Source of the DNA: Blastocladiella emersonii ATCC 22665
Taxonomy: Eukaryota > Fungi > Blastocladiomycota
DNA length: 64,000 nt
NCBI GenBank assembly: GCA_025594325.1
Contig: JANHCV010000007.1
Span: 1,240,001 to 1,304,000 of the forward strand
Direction: 5' to 3'
This document shows positions 44,838 through 56,156 of the stretch, in pieces. The notes beneath the pieces are model-generated. The model was not told the origin of the DNA and did no database searches. It saw nothing but the letters and a program-made list of their open reading frames with translations. Numbering within the stretch: position 1 is the first letter of the stretch; every line of letters begins with the position of its first letter. Made by a program: the position numbers and the translations under genes.

Positions 44838-46198
44838 TCACGCCCTTCTTCCCCACCCCGACAACCACCGCGAGACGAGCGAGGTAGACGCAGTCGACGC
44901 GGCGTCCGAGCTCTCGCTGGCCTCGACGCGGGCCTGGGCCTTCGCGAGGACCGCGTCGTCGAGCGCCGCGAGCTTGAGGTACTCCCTCGTGAGGCAGTCG
45001 GGCAGGAGGTCGCGCGGCATCGGGTGGAGCAGGACGTCGAGGACCTCGGACTCGTGGGTCTGCGCCAGATGATCCGCGATGCACGCGAGGATGGCGAGCG
45101 ACACCTTGTGGAAGGCGAGGTAGCCCTCGACCACGACGCAGTCCCACGCGCGCACGCGGCAGCCCCACGGGCACACCTCCCACCCGCTCATCCACCACCG
45201 CGGGAGGTAGGTGACGGCCGAGAAGCCCTGGGTTGCGAGGCGCGCGTGGATTTCGGGTAAGAAGCGCGCGACCAGCGAGTCGAACACGGCGCACGCCGCG
45301 TGCAGGTGGTGCAGGTCCGGGTCCTGGTGCGGGAACTGGCGCGTCTCCATGAGCGCGACCAAAGTGCACAGCGCCTCCTCGGGCGGCATGTGGAGGAGGA
45401 GCAGGCCGCAGATGAAGTTCATGCCCTGCGTGTACCCGAGCGCCGGGTTGTGCTGCGCGTAGGCCTTGAGCACGTTGGCGAGCTGGAGCTGGCTACACAC
45501 GGTTACTCGGCGTGAGGGGTTGCGGGGGTTGAGAGGGTGGGAGGGCGCGTACCCCGGCGATGTTGGGTCCTTAAACAGGACTACAGACGGAGTGAGTGAG
45601 CATCGCGTCGTAGAGCCCGCAAAGAAGCGAAGCGCACCGTGGTTCGGGTAAGTCCGGCCGATATCCTTTTCAATCTGGTCGTAGATGGGCAGCGGCGGGC
45701 GCGCAAGCAGGTTGTCGAGCATGCCCGGTGCGCGGAACCGGTCGACGTCGAGCAGTTTCTGCCACACGAGGGCGCCTACCGGGCAGACCGCGTCAACAAC
45801 CGCTATACAGAGCACACGGGAAGCAGTCACAATAGGGGAGCGACATACATACGCAGCTCAGCAGGCACGCCGTGCGGGCCGAGCCGGCGCACCTCGGCGA
45901 CGGCAGAGCGGCGCGCGCGGTCGGCCTCGCGCCGGTCCTTGACGTCCTCCCACGCCTTGAGCGCCTCGATCCACTGCATCATCTCGGCGTCCTGCGGCGA
46001 CCCCGCTGGCGCATGGTCGGCGGATGGCGGGGCCGGGAGCGGGGACGCAGCGGTGGTTGGCGCAAACGCGGCAGGGTCATCGGCACGCAGCAGCGGGTGC
46101 GACGGGAAGTACGAGGCCATGGCGGCGAGGCGGCGCGACGACGACGACGCGGGCACGCGGACTTCGAGCGGGTAGCGCGGCCAGGTGCGGCCGCTCAT
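44838..46198 (-). CDS. TBC-domain Rab GTPase-activating protein, ~4 exons (start at ATG 46198 or 46120)
   Basis: Catalytic fingers QIEKDIGRTYP (IxxDxxR) and GYTQGMNFICGLLL (YxQ), plus RVRAWDCVVVEG. Confidence 0.88.
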
Positions 46199-46581
46199 GG
46201 GCGGCGGCCGGCAGACCGACGACGGGAGCGGTGGGCGGGGAAGGAGGGCCGGCGGCCTCAGTTGACGAACGGATGGGCGAACACGCGTGGACAGCGGCGC
46301 CGGATGGGAGGCAGCGGTGGGCGACGATGCATGGGGGCCCTGTTACGGGCTTCTGGTACGGGACCAGGAGAGCTTGCGGGGCGGGGAGACACTTTGCGGT
46401 GGTCGTCGTCGACGCGAGAGCCGGCGTGGCGTGGCGCGGCGTCAGCTGAGCGGGCGTGACGCCGACGCACACGCTTTTTGCACTCTGCCGCCGCCACCAC
46501 CAACGACGAGTACGCGACTACGCGTCGCTCTCCCTACCTGGTCCAGCAACGAACCCGACGGAAACGCAACGTATCAACAAG

Positions 46582-48087
46582 ATGGCGCAGGAACCCAACC
46601 CGCGCGTCTTCTTCGACGTGCAGGTCGGCGCCGCGGGCCCGCGCGGCCGCATCGTCATGGAGCTCTTCGCATCGCAGTGCCCGCTCACCGCGGACAATTT
46701 CAGAGCCCTATGCACGGGCGAGCGCGGCGTGAGCGAGCGCGGCGTGCGCCTGAGCTACGTCGGCGCGCCGTTCCACCGGTGCATCCCGCAGTTCATGGTG
46801 CAGGGCGGCGACATCGAGCACGGCAACGGCACGGGTGGCGAGAGCATCTACGGCCGCACCATGCCGTGCGAGCCCGCCGGCCTGCGCATCCCGCACGACC
46901 GCCCGATGCTCCTGTCCATGGCCAACCGCGGGCGCGACACGGGCTCATCCCAGTTCTTTATCCTCACGGAACCGGCGCCCCACCTCGACGGGAAGCATGT
47001 GGTGTTCGGCCAGGTGGTCCACGGCGAGGACGTCGTGAGGTCGATCGAGCTCTCGCCCGTCGACGACGACGACTGCCCCGTCGACCCCGTCACCATCGTC
47101 CACTGCGGCGAGCTCGAGCTCGTGCGCAAGCCCGCCAAGGACAAGAAGAAGAAGAGCAGCTCCAAGAAGAGCTCTAAGTCGAAGAAGAGCAAGAAGGCCA
47201 AGCGGAAACGCTCCCGTCGCGACTCGGGCTCGGACTCGGGTTCCGCGAGCAGCAGCAGCGACTCGAGCGACTCGGACGCCGACAACCGCCGCCGCTCCCG
47301 CTCCTCCCGCCGTCGTCGTCGCGACCGCTCCTCGTCCCGCTCGCGCTCGCGCTCCCCCTCCCCCGCGCGCGACGCCCCCGCCCCTGCCGCCTCCGTCACC
47401 AAGGACATCTACACGCGCCTGTTCGGCGACGGCGACCGCCGCATGCCGCGCAAGCCTCTCATGGACCCCGTCGCCGTGCGCCGCGCTGCTGCCCGCCCCG
47501 CCGACGACGAGGAGGGCGGGCTCGACGCTGACGCCGCTGCTGCCTCGGCCCCCGTCCGCCGCGACGCCGAGGGACGTGTCGTTCGTGGGCGCGGGTTCGT
47601 CCGGTACAACTACAACACCGAGGGTGGGTCGTCCCGCCACCCGCGCCACCGGTCGCCCCCGCGTCGTCAACGCCGCGACTCGCCGCCACGCTGGCGCCGC
47701 CGGTCCAGATCGCGGTCGCGCTCGCGGTCCCCGCCACGCTGGCGCCGGGTGTCGCGGTCCCGCTCGCCGCCGCGCGCGCGTCGCGTGTCACGGTCTCGCT
47801 CGCCGGTAGCACGCCGCCGCTCGCGGTCTCGGTCCCGGTCGCCGCCCGTGCGCCGCAAGTCGCGTTCGCGTTCGCCGCCCGTGCGCCGCAAGTCGCGGTC
47901 GCGGTCGCGCTCTCGGTCTGTGTCGCCGCCACGCCGGGCTCGTTCGAGATCCGCATCGCGCAGCCCGGTCCCTCCCCGTTCCGCGGCTCGGCTGTCGACC
48001 GCGTCGCCCTCGCCCCGCCGGAGCCGCAGTCGGTCTCCGCCCCTGCCTCCCCGGCGATCCCCCTCCCCCGACATGAAGGACGAATGA
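46582..48087 (+). CDS. Cyclophilin with a C-terminal RS domain (PPIG/CYP63-like)
   Basis: RVFFDV, GRIVMELF, NFRALCTGE, FHRCIPQFMVQGGD, LSMANRG, SQFFI and HLDGKHVVFGQV, followed by a K/S-rich and RSRSRSP-rich tail. Confidence 0.93.
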   Translation: MAQEPNPRVFFDVQVGAAGPRGRIVMELFASQCPLTADNFRALCTGERGVSERGVRLSYVGAPFHRCIPQFMVQGGDIEHGNGTGGESIYGRTMPCEPAGLRIPHDRPMLLSMANRGRDTGSSQFFILTEPAPHLDGKHVVFGQVVHGEDVVRSIELSPVDDDDCPVDPVTIVHCGELELVRKPAKDKKKKSSSKKSSKSKKSKKAKRKRSRRDSGSDSGSASSSSDSSDSDADNRRRSRSSRRRRRDRSSSRSRSRSPSPARDAPAPAASVTKDIYTRLFGDGDRRMPRKPLMDPVAVRRAAARPADDEEGGLDADAAAASAPVRRDAEGRVVRGRGFVRYNYNTEGGSSRHPRHRSPPRRQRRDSPPRWRRRSRSRSRSRSPPRWRRVSRSRSPPRARRVSRSRSPVARRRSRSRSRSPPVRRKSRSRSPPVRRKSRSRSRSRSVSPPRRARSRSASRSPVPPRSAARLSTASPSPRRSRSRSPPLPPRRSPSPDMKDE

Positions 48088-48143
48088 TTGATTGATATAC
48101 ACGTCTATCACCTCGCGTCTCTACCGTCTCCACCGCACACCGA

Positions 48144-49236
48144 TCAAGCGCTCGACGCGCTCGCCTTCTTCGCCGCACCTGCCTTGTCCGCGACACCCTC
48201 CACCTCGCCGCGGCTAACAACGGGCAAGAACCCGTACCGGAACGCGATACTCGCGTCCTCGCACTCGTCAAGGTGGCGCAGCTGGATGTACATGCCCATG
48301 GCGACCCAGTAGCTGCCCGTGAGCGCGATCCCGACGTGCCACACGGCGTGCAGCTTGAGGAACTCGATGGCCGTGCAGAACTCCTGGTCGATGATCCACA
48401 CGCCGATCGAGAAGGTGAACCACAGCGCGCAAAGCCCGAGGCACAGGCGCACGCGCGCGTCCGTCTTGGCGCAGCGTAGCGCGTAGATGGCGGAGATCAC
48501 GATGCAGAGGCCGCAGGTCAGGTAGAAGGGGATGATGAAGCGGAAGTACGCGTGCGCGGCCGAGTAGAGGATGGCGGTGATGAAGAGGGCGAGAGGGAAG
48601 TGGGCGAAGTAAGGGGTTACGACGTGCTCGACCATGATGAAGACGAACATGATGCCTACGGTGTCGCGCACTGTTAGATCACGTCTTGAAGAGGTCTCGA
48701 GCGGAAGCGTACTCATGTAGACCATCGGCAGCTCGTCGAGCAGCTACACGCGGCGAGCGGCTCAGGGATCAGCACCGCGGATCACACTCAGCCATCACGA
48801 CAACGATCCTCACGTACCTGCGGCCCGTACAGCAGCGTCGCATGGAACGCGAAACTGCCGATCCCGACCACGATCAGGGACCCGACGGCCAGGTCGAACC
48901 GGCGCTTGACTACAGGTGCGACCGCGCGTCAGTGCTGCCGCCTTCTCGCGGTCCGAGCGGCCATCACGTACGCCCGAGCTTGCGCGACATGCGCAGCAGG
49001 AGGATCCCGGCGAGCACGAGAAACAGGTTTGAGATCGAGTTGAAGAACTCGGCGAGGTAGTACGTCACGGCGTAGTTGTGCTCGCAGAACTGGCACACGA
49101 GGGTCAGCACTGCTCATGGCCCACCGCGAAGATGACGAGGACGTACATCGACCGAGGACGTGACCGGTCCCCAGACCCCGACCTTGCCGGGATCCTCGTC
49201 GAACCGCGTGGTGCCGTGGACGTCAACGAACTTCAT
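48144..49236 (-). CDS. Alkaline ceramidase (CREST family; YPC1/YDC1/ACER3-like), multi-exon
   Basis: Spliced motifs WGPVTSSVD|FCEHNY, AEFFNSISN, GIGSFAFHATL..PQ|LLDELPM, IIDQEFC and LHAVWHV. Multiple TM segments. Confidence 0.92.
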
Positions 49237-49664
49237 TGCAGTAATTTATCTATCGTGGGTGCTCGAGGAGAGCGAGAGCGAGGGCGACCGTCTTAGCCCA
49301 TCTCAAGGGTTGGCCACCACGCGGTCGCCGGCGGTGCAACAGATGATCCGAAACGGCGCCGCTTCCCCGCGCGCGTGGACAAGGGCGCCGGCGGTGGCCG
49401 AGTAGTACGGCGGCGTCAGCGGTGCAGCATGGGGCCCGTCGTTTGCAGCCAGCAGCGCGTGCGCGTGGCCTTGAGTCCGCTTTCGGCGAGCCGGGTGTCG
49501 CGCGGCCAAATTCGAAACCTTTGCTCCGCTCGCGTGAAAAGGTGAAGCCGCCGCCGCCGCCGGCTCGCGCATGAACGACGCGTGGATCACTCATGGGATC
49601 ACAGGGTCAAGTTTGAAGGGTCAAAGACGCGTGTATTTCTTCTCCATCATCGCTCATTTAGCGC

Positions 49665-51630
49665 TCAAACGACGGTGACGCGGATGCAATCGTCCTGGGC
49701 ACCGCGGCGCGCGACGGGCATGAGCACGGGCTGGTGACCGCGCGTGCCCGTCATGGTGCAGATGCGATACAGTCCGGGGGTAGCGAGCGCATCGGGCGGG
49801 ATCGTGGTGGTCAGGACGCCGTTGGCGTCCTCCTCCTGGTCGAGCCCCTTGAAGAAGGCGAGCGACTCGGTGCGCGGGTCGGGCGGCGTCTGCGCGTTGC
49901 CGAGCCGCTGCACCGTGACGTGCTGGTGGCCCTCGATCTGGCCGCGCGCATTCAGCGTCTGCGGCGACGCGTAGTACCGCGCGTTCGGGTCCTCGAAGAA
50001 GCCCGCGTCCAGGTTCGACGTGCGCACCGAGAAGTTGACGGCCGTGTTGCGCGGCAGCTTGGCGCCGTTCTCGGGCGTAAAGATCACCGTCGACACCATG
50101 TTGTTGAAGTCCGGGATCGCGCCCTGCACCGTCCCCGAACACGTTGACGTGCGCTTCTGCGTCCCGTCGGCGAGCGCGTTGCCGAGCCCGACCTGCTTGC
50201 AGAAGTCGGCGCCGTTGACCAGGCCCGTCTGCCCGTTCTTGTTGCCGCCGTTGCCCGCGTTGTTGTTGCCGTTGCCCGCGTTGTTGTTGCCGTTGCCCGC
50301 GTTGTTGTTGCCGTTGCCCGCGTTGTTGCCGTTGCCCGTGTTCCCGCCAGCGTTCCCGCCGCCGAGGTTGTTCCCGTTCCCCGCCTGGAGCTTCGCGGCC
50401 GCCGCCTCGCCCGCGGGGATCGCGGCCTTGCACTGCGCGTTCTGCTGGTCACACTGGCCGACCGAGGCGCTGCGGCCGGCGCGCTGCCGGTTCACCTCGT
50501 CCGCGCACTGGTTCTTCTGCACGTCGCACGACCGGCCGAGCGCCGCCGCCGCGTTCAAAAAGTCGCCGTTGAGCTGCCCGTTGACGCGCACCTCGAACGG
50601 ACGCGCGCCGCTGACAAAGTTGACGGGCGGAGCTGGCTTGCCGAACAGCGCGCCCGTGAAGGTCTGCACGTTCTTACCGGTGGCGCCGGCGCCGGTCCCG
50701 GTGGCAGGGGTGTCGAGGTTGTTGCCGGCGCCCGTGGCCGGGTCCGTCTGCTTCTTGCCGCCAGTGCCCGTCGCGGGCGGCGTCGTCAGGTCCGCGCCCT
50801 GGCCGGGAGCCGTGGTGGGCTTGGCGGCGGCCGAGGACGACGTCGACGACGAGGCACCGCGGGTAGACGACACCGACTTGGACGCAGCGCCGCCGTTGCC
50901 GCCGCGAACCGACGTGGTGATGGGCGTCGCGCGGGACTTGCCGGCCGCCGTGGTGGTGGTCACGCGCTTGACGGGCGTCGGGGTCGCTTTGCCGCGACCA
51001 GCAGCCACGGTGGTTGTGGTGGTCGACTTGCCCTTTGCCGACGTGGCGACGATGGCGCGAGTGCCCGTCGGAACCGGCGCGGGCTTGGGCTTGGGCGGCT
51101 CCTGGTTGAGCGAGTTCGGGATGGACGCGACGCACGACGTGTGGCCGGTGCGGCAGTTGCCCGACGCCGTGTCGGCGTTGTTGGTCAGCTTGGCGGCCTC
51201 GAGGCAGCTACGCGCATACGCGATGCAAGTGGCGAGTCAGTTTCAGCGTTCCACGATGGCGGGATCCGCGCCACCCGCCGCAGCAGCGGGGGTGGCGAAG
51301 CGAACCTTCGACTCAGCCACACTCTGCAACGTACAGTCCAAGGAACGCATCGCAGCTGCGGCGCAGCGCCGACTGGAGCTCGCGGAACGCCTCGTCGACC
51401 TTGGTCGCGCCCGTGTTGGCATCCGTGGCCTGCACGCGGTACGGGAGCGGCTTCGACAGGTCGCGCTTGACGGCGGGCGCCGCCACGCCGTTCACCTGCT
51501 TCTTCCACGTCTGCAGATTGCCCGTCGTCGTGGCGGAAGCGGGCGTCTGCGGCGCAGCCGAAACGGTAGCCGCGAGGACGGCGAGGAGCGCGAGGACGAG
51601 GAGGGGTGAGCGCAACATCATCGTCATCAT
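49665..51630 (-). CDS. Secreted protein: signal peptide, two copies of a 4-Cys domain, Thr/Gly and GNNN linkers, and a conserved C-terminal domain (GHQHV, FFKGL, HQPVLMPVARRGAQDD), 2 exons
   Basis: Signal peptide MLRSPLLVLALLAVLAATVSA. One GTACGT...TAG intron (~51333-51208) joins exon 1 to the frame of ORF 49665-51008. From recall, the C-terminal motifs resemble a widespread uncharacterised fungal secreted family. Confidence 0.82.
50248..50337 (-). repeat. Coding 21-bp tandem repeat (GNGNNNA x~4)
   Basis: GTTGCCCGCGTTGTTGTTGCC units on the + strand. Confidence 0.88.
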
Positions 51631-52176
51631 CTTGTAGTCGTGTAAGAGTCGATCCAGTCTAGTCTTGAGGACGATCGGGGCCGTGTAGGAAGGGGGAGGG
51701 TGTGCGGGGCCAGCCCGTGTGGTGTGGAAGGTGGATGGTTAGAGAGAGACTGGGTCCTGGCGAGGGGGACGGCGGATACTTGTACGCCCGCAACCGTCGC
51801 CGTCGCGGTGAGTGTGGCCACGGCGGCCCCGCCGAGTTCCGCTGTTAGCACCGGACCTCGCGTTGACAAGCCTGCGGATGTTTGAGCACTACTCGCGATA
51901 CAGTGGTCAACCGCAGCGAGTGGCGGTGGCGGAAGTTCATGAAGCGGCCGAGATCAAGGTCGCAAGCAAGCCCTCCATGACTATGACCATGGCCATGGTC
52001 GCGACGACTCGCGCGGCGCGGCGGGGTCTCCGGATTCTGCTCGTGTGCTCCGGCCCGCTACGCAACTCCACGCGCCGCGCCGCCGCTGCCAAGAAGACTT
52101 CAGAGTTCAAGAGCAAAATATTTAATTCACACACGCGTTTGTGCGCTCCGCCGGCCGGCGCCGCCGCCCGCCGCCG

Positions 52177-55100
52177 CTAGCTCAGGACCAGCACGTTGGA
52201 GATTTCTATGACGCGGTCAACGGGCAGCCCGAGGTTGGACACCTGGTTGTTGGTGTTGCGTGACAGCGCCTCGTACACCTTGTGCTTCCATCGCCGGTAG
52301 AAGGGGTTGCTTCGTAGCGGCAGCACCGAGTGCCGCGACACGTAGTACGTGATGGCCTCCTCGTTGCGGATCCGCAGCCCGCGCTTCTTGGCCTTGGCCA
52401 GCGCGCTCACCACGTCCGCCGACCGTTCCGCGAAACCGAACGAGATGAGCACGCGGAAGATGCCGCCCGATGGGTCCACGGCACGCACGATCACGCGGTC
52501 CTCCTCGGCGACGAACGGCAGGCCTTTCATGCACTGCACCGTCAGGAGCACGATGTCTTCGGGGAGCGCGGGCAGGCGTGACGCGAGGAGCGAGAGGACG
52601 TGTGGGACCTCTACACGACGGCGATGGACGCGTGAGCGTCGCTCGATCGATGGAGGTCAGTGAAGAGAACGTACCCTCGTCGGCGTACGCGACAAAGACG
52701 CCGCTGCCCTTGACGCGCGTATGCTGGCGGATATGTTGTCGGACCTGGGTCATGGTCCAGAACTTGTCGTCGAGCGCGTGGTTGATGTCGTTCCAGGTAC
52801 TCGTGTAGACGAACATGGACCCGAACAGCGCGATGGCGAAGAGCAGCGCGACCCAGGCGATCTGGGCGATCTTGACGAGCGACGCGATGAAGAGGAGCAC
52901 GTCGAAGAACACGATGACGCCGTACGCGCCGATGCGCAGGTTCGACAGCTGCCACTTGAACTTCATCACGATGAGCAGCAGCAGCGACGTGATCAGCATG
53001 GCGCCCGACACGCAGAACCCGAACATGCCCGTCAGCACCTCCGAGTCCTTGAAGATGCCCGCCAGCACCACGCTGCCCGAGAACATGGTGAAGCAGAACA
53101 TGGGCACGTAGTACGTCCCGTGCCCGCCCTGGCCCATGACGTGGAACGACTCGACGGGCGGGATCACGCGCAGCGCGACGGCCTGGTCTACACTCAAGCG
53201 GACAAGGTGAGCTCGATTGTCGCGGCGGCCAAAGAAGGTGAGGAGGAGGAAGAGGTACCGATGAGCGCAAAACAGCCCGAAATCACCGACTGCGAGCCCA
53301 TGGCCGAGACCATGAGGCCGAGGAGGACGAGCGGCCACAGCGCCCACTTGGGCGACGCCTCGAAGAACAGGTTGTGGACGAGGTGGTTCATCTCCTCCAT
53401 GTCGTACTTGCCGTTGTGCTTCTGCGCGAGCAGTTTGGCTCCCTGGCCGAGGTAGCTGAGTAGCGTGCACGGCGCGGCGATGAACGAGAACGAGATGCTG
53501 ATCGGGCGGCGCTTGAAGGCGCCGAGGTCGGCGTAGAGGAACTCGAGCCCCGACGCGACGAGCAGCACCGTTGACAGCATCGACAGCGTCTTGGCCCACC
53601 CGCGCAGGTACATGAGGTCGATCATCGCGTACGGGTTGAACGCCTTGAGCACCCACGGCGCCGCCGCAATGTTCCACGCGCCAATGATCGCAATCGCGCC
53701 GAACCACACCGAGATCACGAACGGGAAGATGGTTGTGATCCGGCCCAGACCGAACCGCTGCACGTAGAACAGCGGCAGCATCAGGCCTACCGTCACGTAC
53801 ACCCGCCAGCTGTCGACGGGCACGGTCCCGAACACGCCTGGCGTCGCGTACTCGATCACCCGGAAGCCTTCGAGCGCGGCGAGCATCGAGATGGCGGGGA
53901 CGAGCAACTACACGGGCGACACGCAACTGGGTCAGCGGTCGCGGAGCGATGCGAGAGCGAGCGGTACGAACCCCATCGGCGAGCAAGAACGCACACCCGA
54001 GCAGCGCCATGAGGAACACCTTGTGGTAGTGTCGCACGAGGAATGGCGGGCTTGACTCGTCGTCGGGCTGCGGGACGAGCGACAGCAGCGCGAGCATGCC
54101 GCCCTCGCCGTTGTTGTCTGCGTGCAGCACGACGAGGCAGTACTTGACGATGCCGAGCAGCAGCGTGATCCAGATCATGAACGACAGGCAACCGAGAATG
54201 TCGGTCTCGGGGTTCTTGACCATAACGCCGCCGTGGAACGCGGCCTTCATGACGAACATGGGCGCGCTACATGGACGAGTGAGGTCAGATGGTGGTTCGG
54301 GTTCGTGCGGCGAGTGGGGAGAGCGTACGCGGCAACGTCGCCGTAGAGAATGCCGAGCGCCGTGATCGTGTACTTGGCGAGCGTCTTAAAGTCCATTCTA
54401 CGCGCGATCGCCACGGGCGTCAGTCCCGCGTCCTCGACAGCTCGCATGAGACAACGTACCGGTCAGCAACACGCGGTGGTGGCGGCATCATGAGCGCAGC
54501 GCCGAGCGACATACGGCGCCCTCGCCGCCCGTTCCCCGGCTGCTCGGGCTGCGCGTTCTTCCTCGCCGCCGTGAGGTAGGTCGCGGGCGACGTTGGCGAC
54601 GGCGAGCTGGCGCCCGTCGACGACGCCTGCGACGTCGACCGGTACCGGTTGAAGAAGTTGCCCGACTGCGACGCGCTGGACACGAGGCGGCGCAGTGTCG
54701 CCGACGGACTCGCGGGCGAGATGGGCGAGCCGGCGGGGTACTCGCCGAGCGGCGACGGCGACCGCGGGCTCGCGCCGCCGGCACCCGCGCCGCGGTTCCG
54801 AAACAGCGTCGCGAGGAGCGGCTGCTGCCCGCCGCCGCGCGGTGGTGGTGGTGATGTGGCGGTGGGGTTCCCGATCGAGCTCGGCGGGACGACGGCGGTC
54901 CCGCTCCCGCTGCTCGCCGTGCTCGTCATGCTCGCGCCGACCGGGTTGTAGCCCGAGCTGCTCGACAGCGCCGACATAACGGCGTTCGGGTCCTCGGCGG
55001 GGTCCTGTTCGAGGAGCGCCGACGACTTGATCTCCTCGCCGCTGCCCGCGCTGCTGTTGACGGATGTCTCGCCGACGCCCCTGCCGTCGTGCGGCGTGAG

Positions 55101-56156
55101 CGACATGTCGGACGTGTTGGCCGACTGGATGTACGAGCTGGAGCTGATGCTCTTCGAGATCTGGAGCGAGTTGGCGGACATGAGCGGCGGAAGCGGGTGC
55201 AGCACGGTGCCCAGCATCGTGGTCGCGCCGACGAATCCCGCAGTGGGCGAGTAGTCAGGCTGCTGGTGCGAGTTGCCCGCGATCACGCTCGGCGACGTGA
55301 CGAAGATGGCGTCGGCCGTGAGCGAGGTGGTCTCGTCGGCCTCGATGACCGTCTCGCCGAGATCGTCGACCACGTTCACGTCGATCGGGCCCGCGTCGCT
55401 CGGCGACGACATGTCCGAGAGCCGGCCCGACGTGCTCCGCTGGCGGCGCGGCGGCGTGCTCGTGTACCCGGCGGACGACGTGCTCGCGCGGCGCACGTCG
55501 TGGTTCGAGGGTGGGCCCGACGACAGACTCGCGCGGTGTGCGCGCGGCACGAGCGACGAGGACGCGCGGCGCGACGGCGTGCTGAGGGTCCCGGATACGG
55601 CGGCCGATTGCCGGCCGAGGGTCCCACCGCCGCTGCTGCCCGCGAGCTGGTCCGTCGACTCTGGCGGCAGCGGCGTGCCGCTCGCGATCGCCATGGACAT
55701 GGTGCTGGGCAGCGTGTTGACCGAGGTGCGGCGCGAGCTCGGGCTGCTGTGCTCGAGGATCGAAATGGACTTTTTGCGCGTGAGGACCGCGCCGTTCGGC
55801 ATCACGGTCGTCGAGCCCGTCACGGCCGACGGCGTGGTGCCGAGGCGCGATAGCGACTCGGTGTTGTCCTGTGCGCCGGCGGCGAGCGCGGACACGGCGG
55901 CTCGCGCGCTGACGCTCCGCACGATGCCGGACCCGCCAACGCGGCTGCCGGGTGGCTCGAGTGGGTCGGGTCCGCCGCCCGGGCCGCCGCCCATGCTCGA
56001 CGACGAGACGCTCGCGCTCAGGGCCTGCTGGCTGAGCGGCGAGTAGACGCCCGGGCCGAGCGTCTGGCGGCGCACAGGCGAGAGCGGCTCCGGGAGCAGG
56101 CCTGACGAGCGCGCATCCGCGTCGTCGCCCTGCACGGCGGAGTTGGATCGCTGCAT
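52177..56156 (-). CDS. HAK1: KUP/HAK/KT-family cation (K+) transporter with a ~570-aa Ser/Pro-rich N-terminal extension, multi-exon
   Basis: GILYGD, VKYCLVVLHADNNGEGGMLAL, LEFLYADLGAF, YLGQGA, SQSVISGCFAL and HGTYYVP. The 62-nt intron 54459-54398 (GTACGT...ACTGAC...TAG) fuses the upstream Ser-rich ORF (ATG 56156) in frame to MDFKTLAK. Confidence 0.85.
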
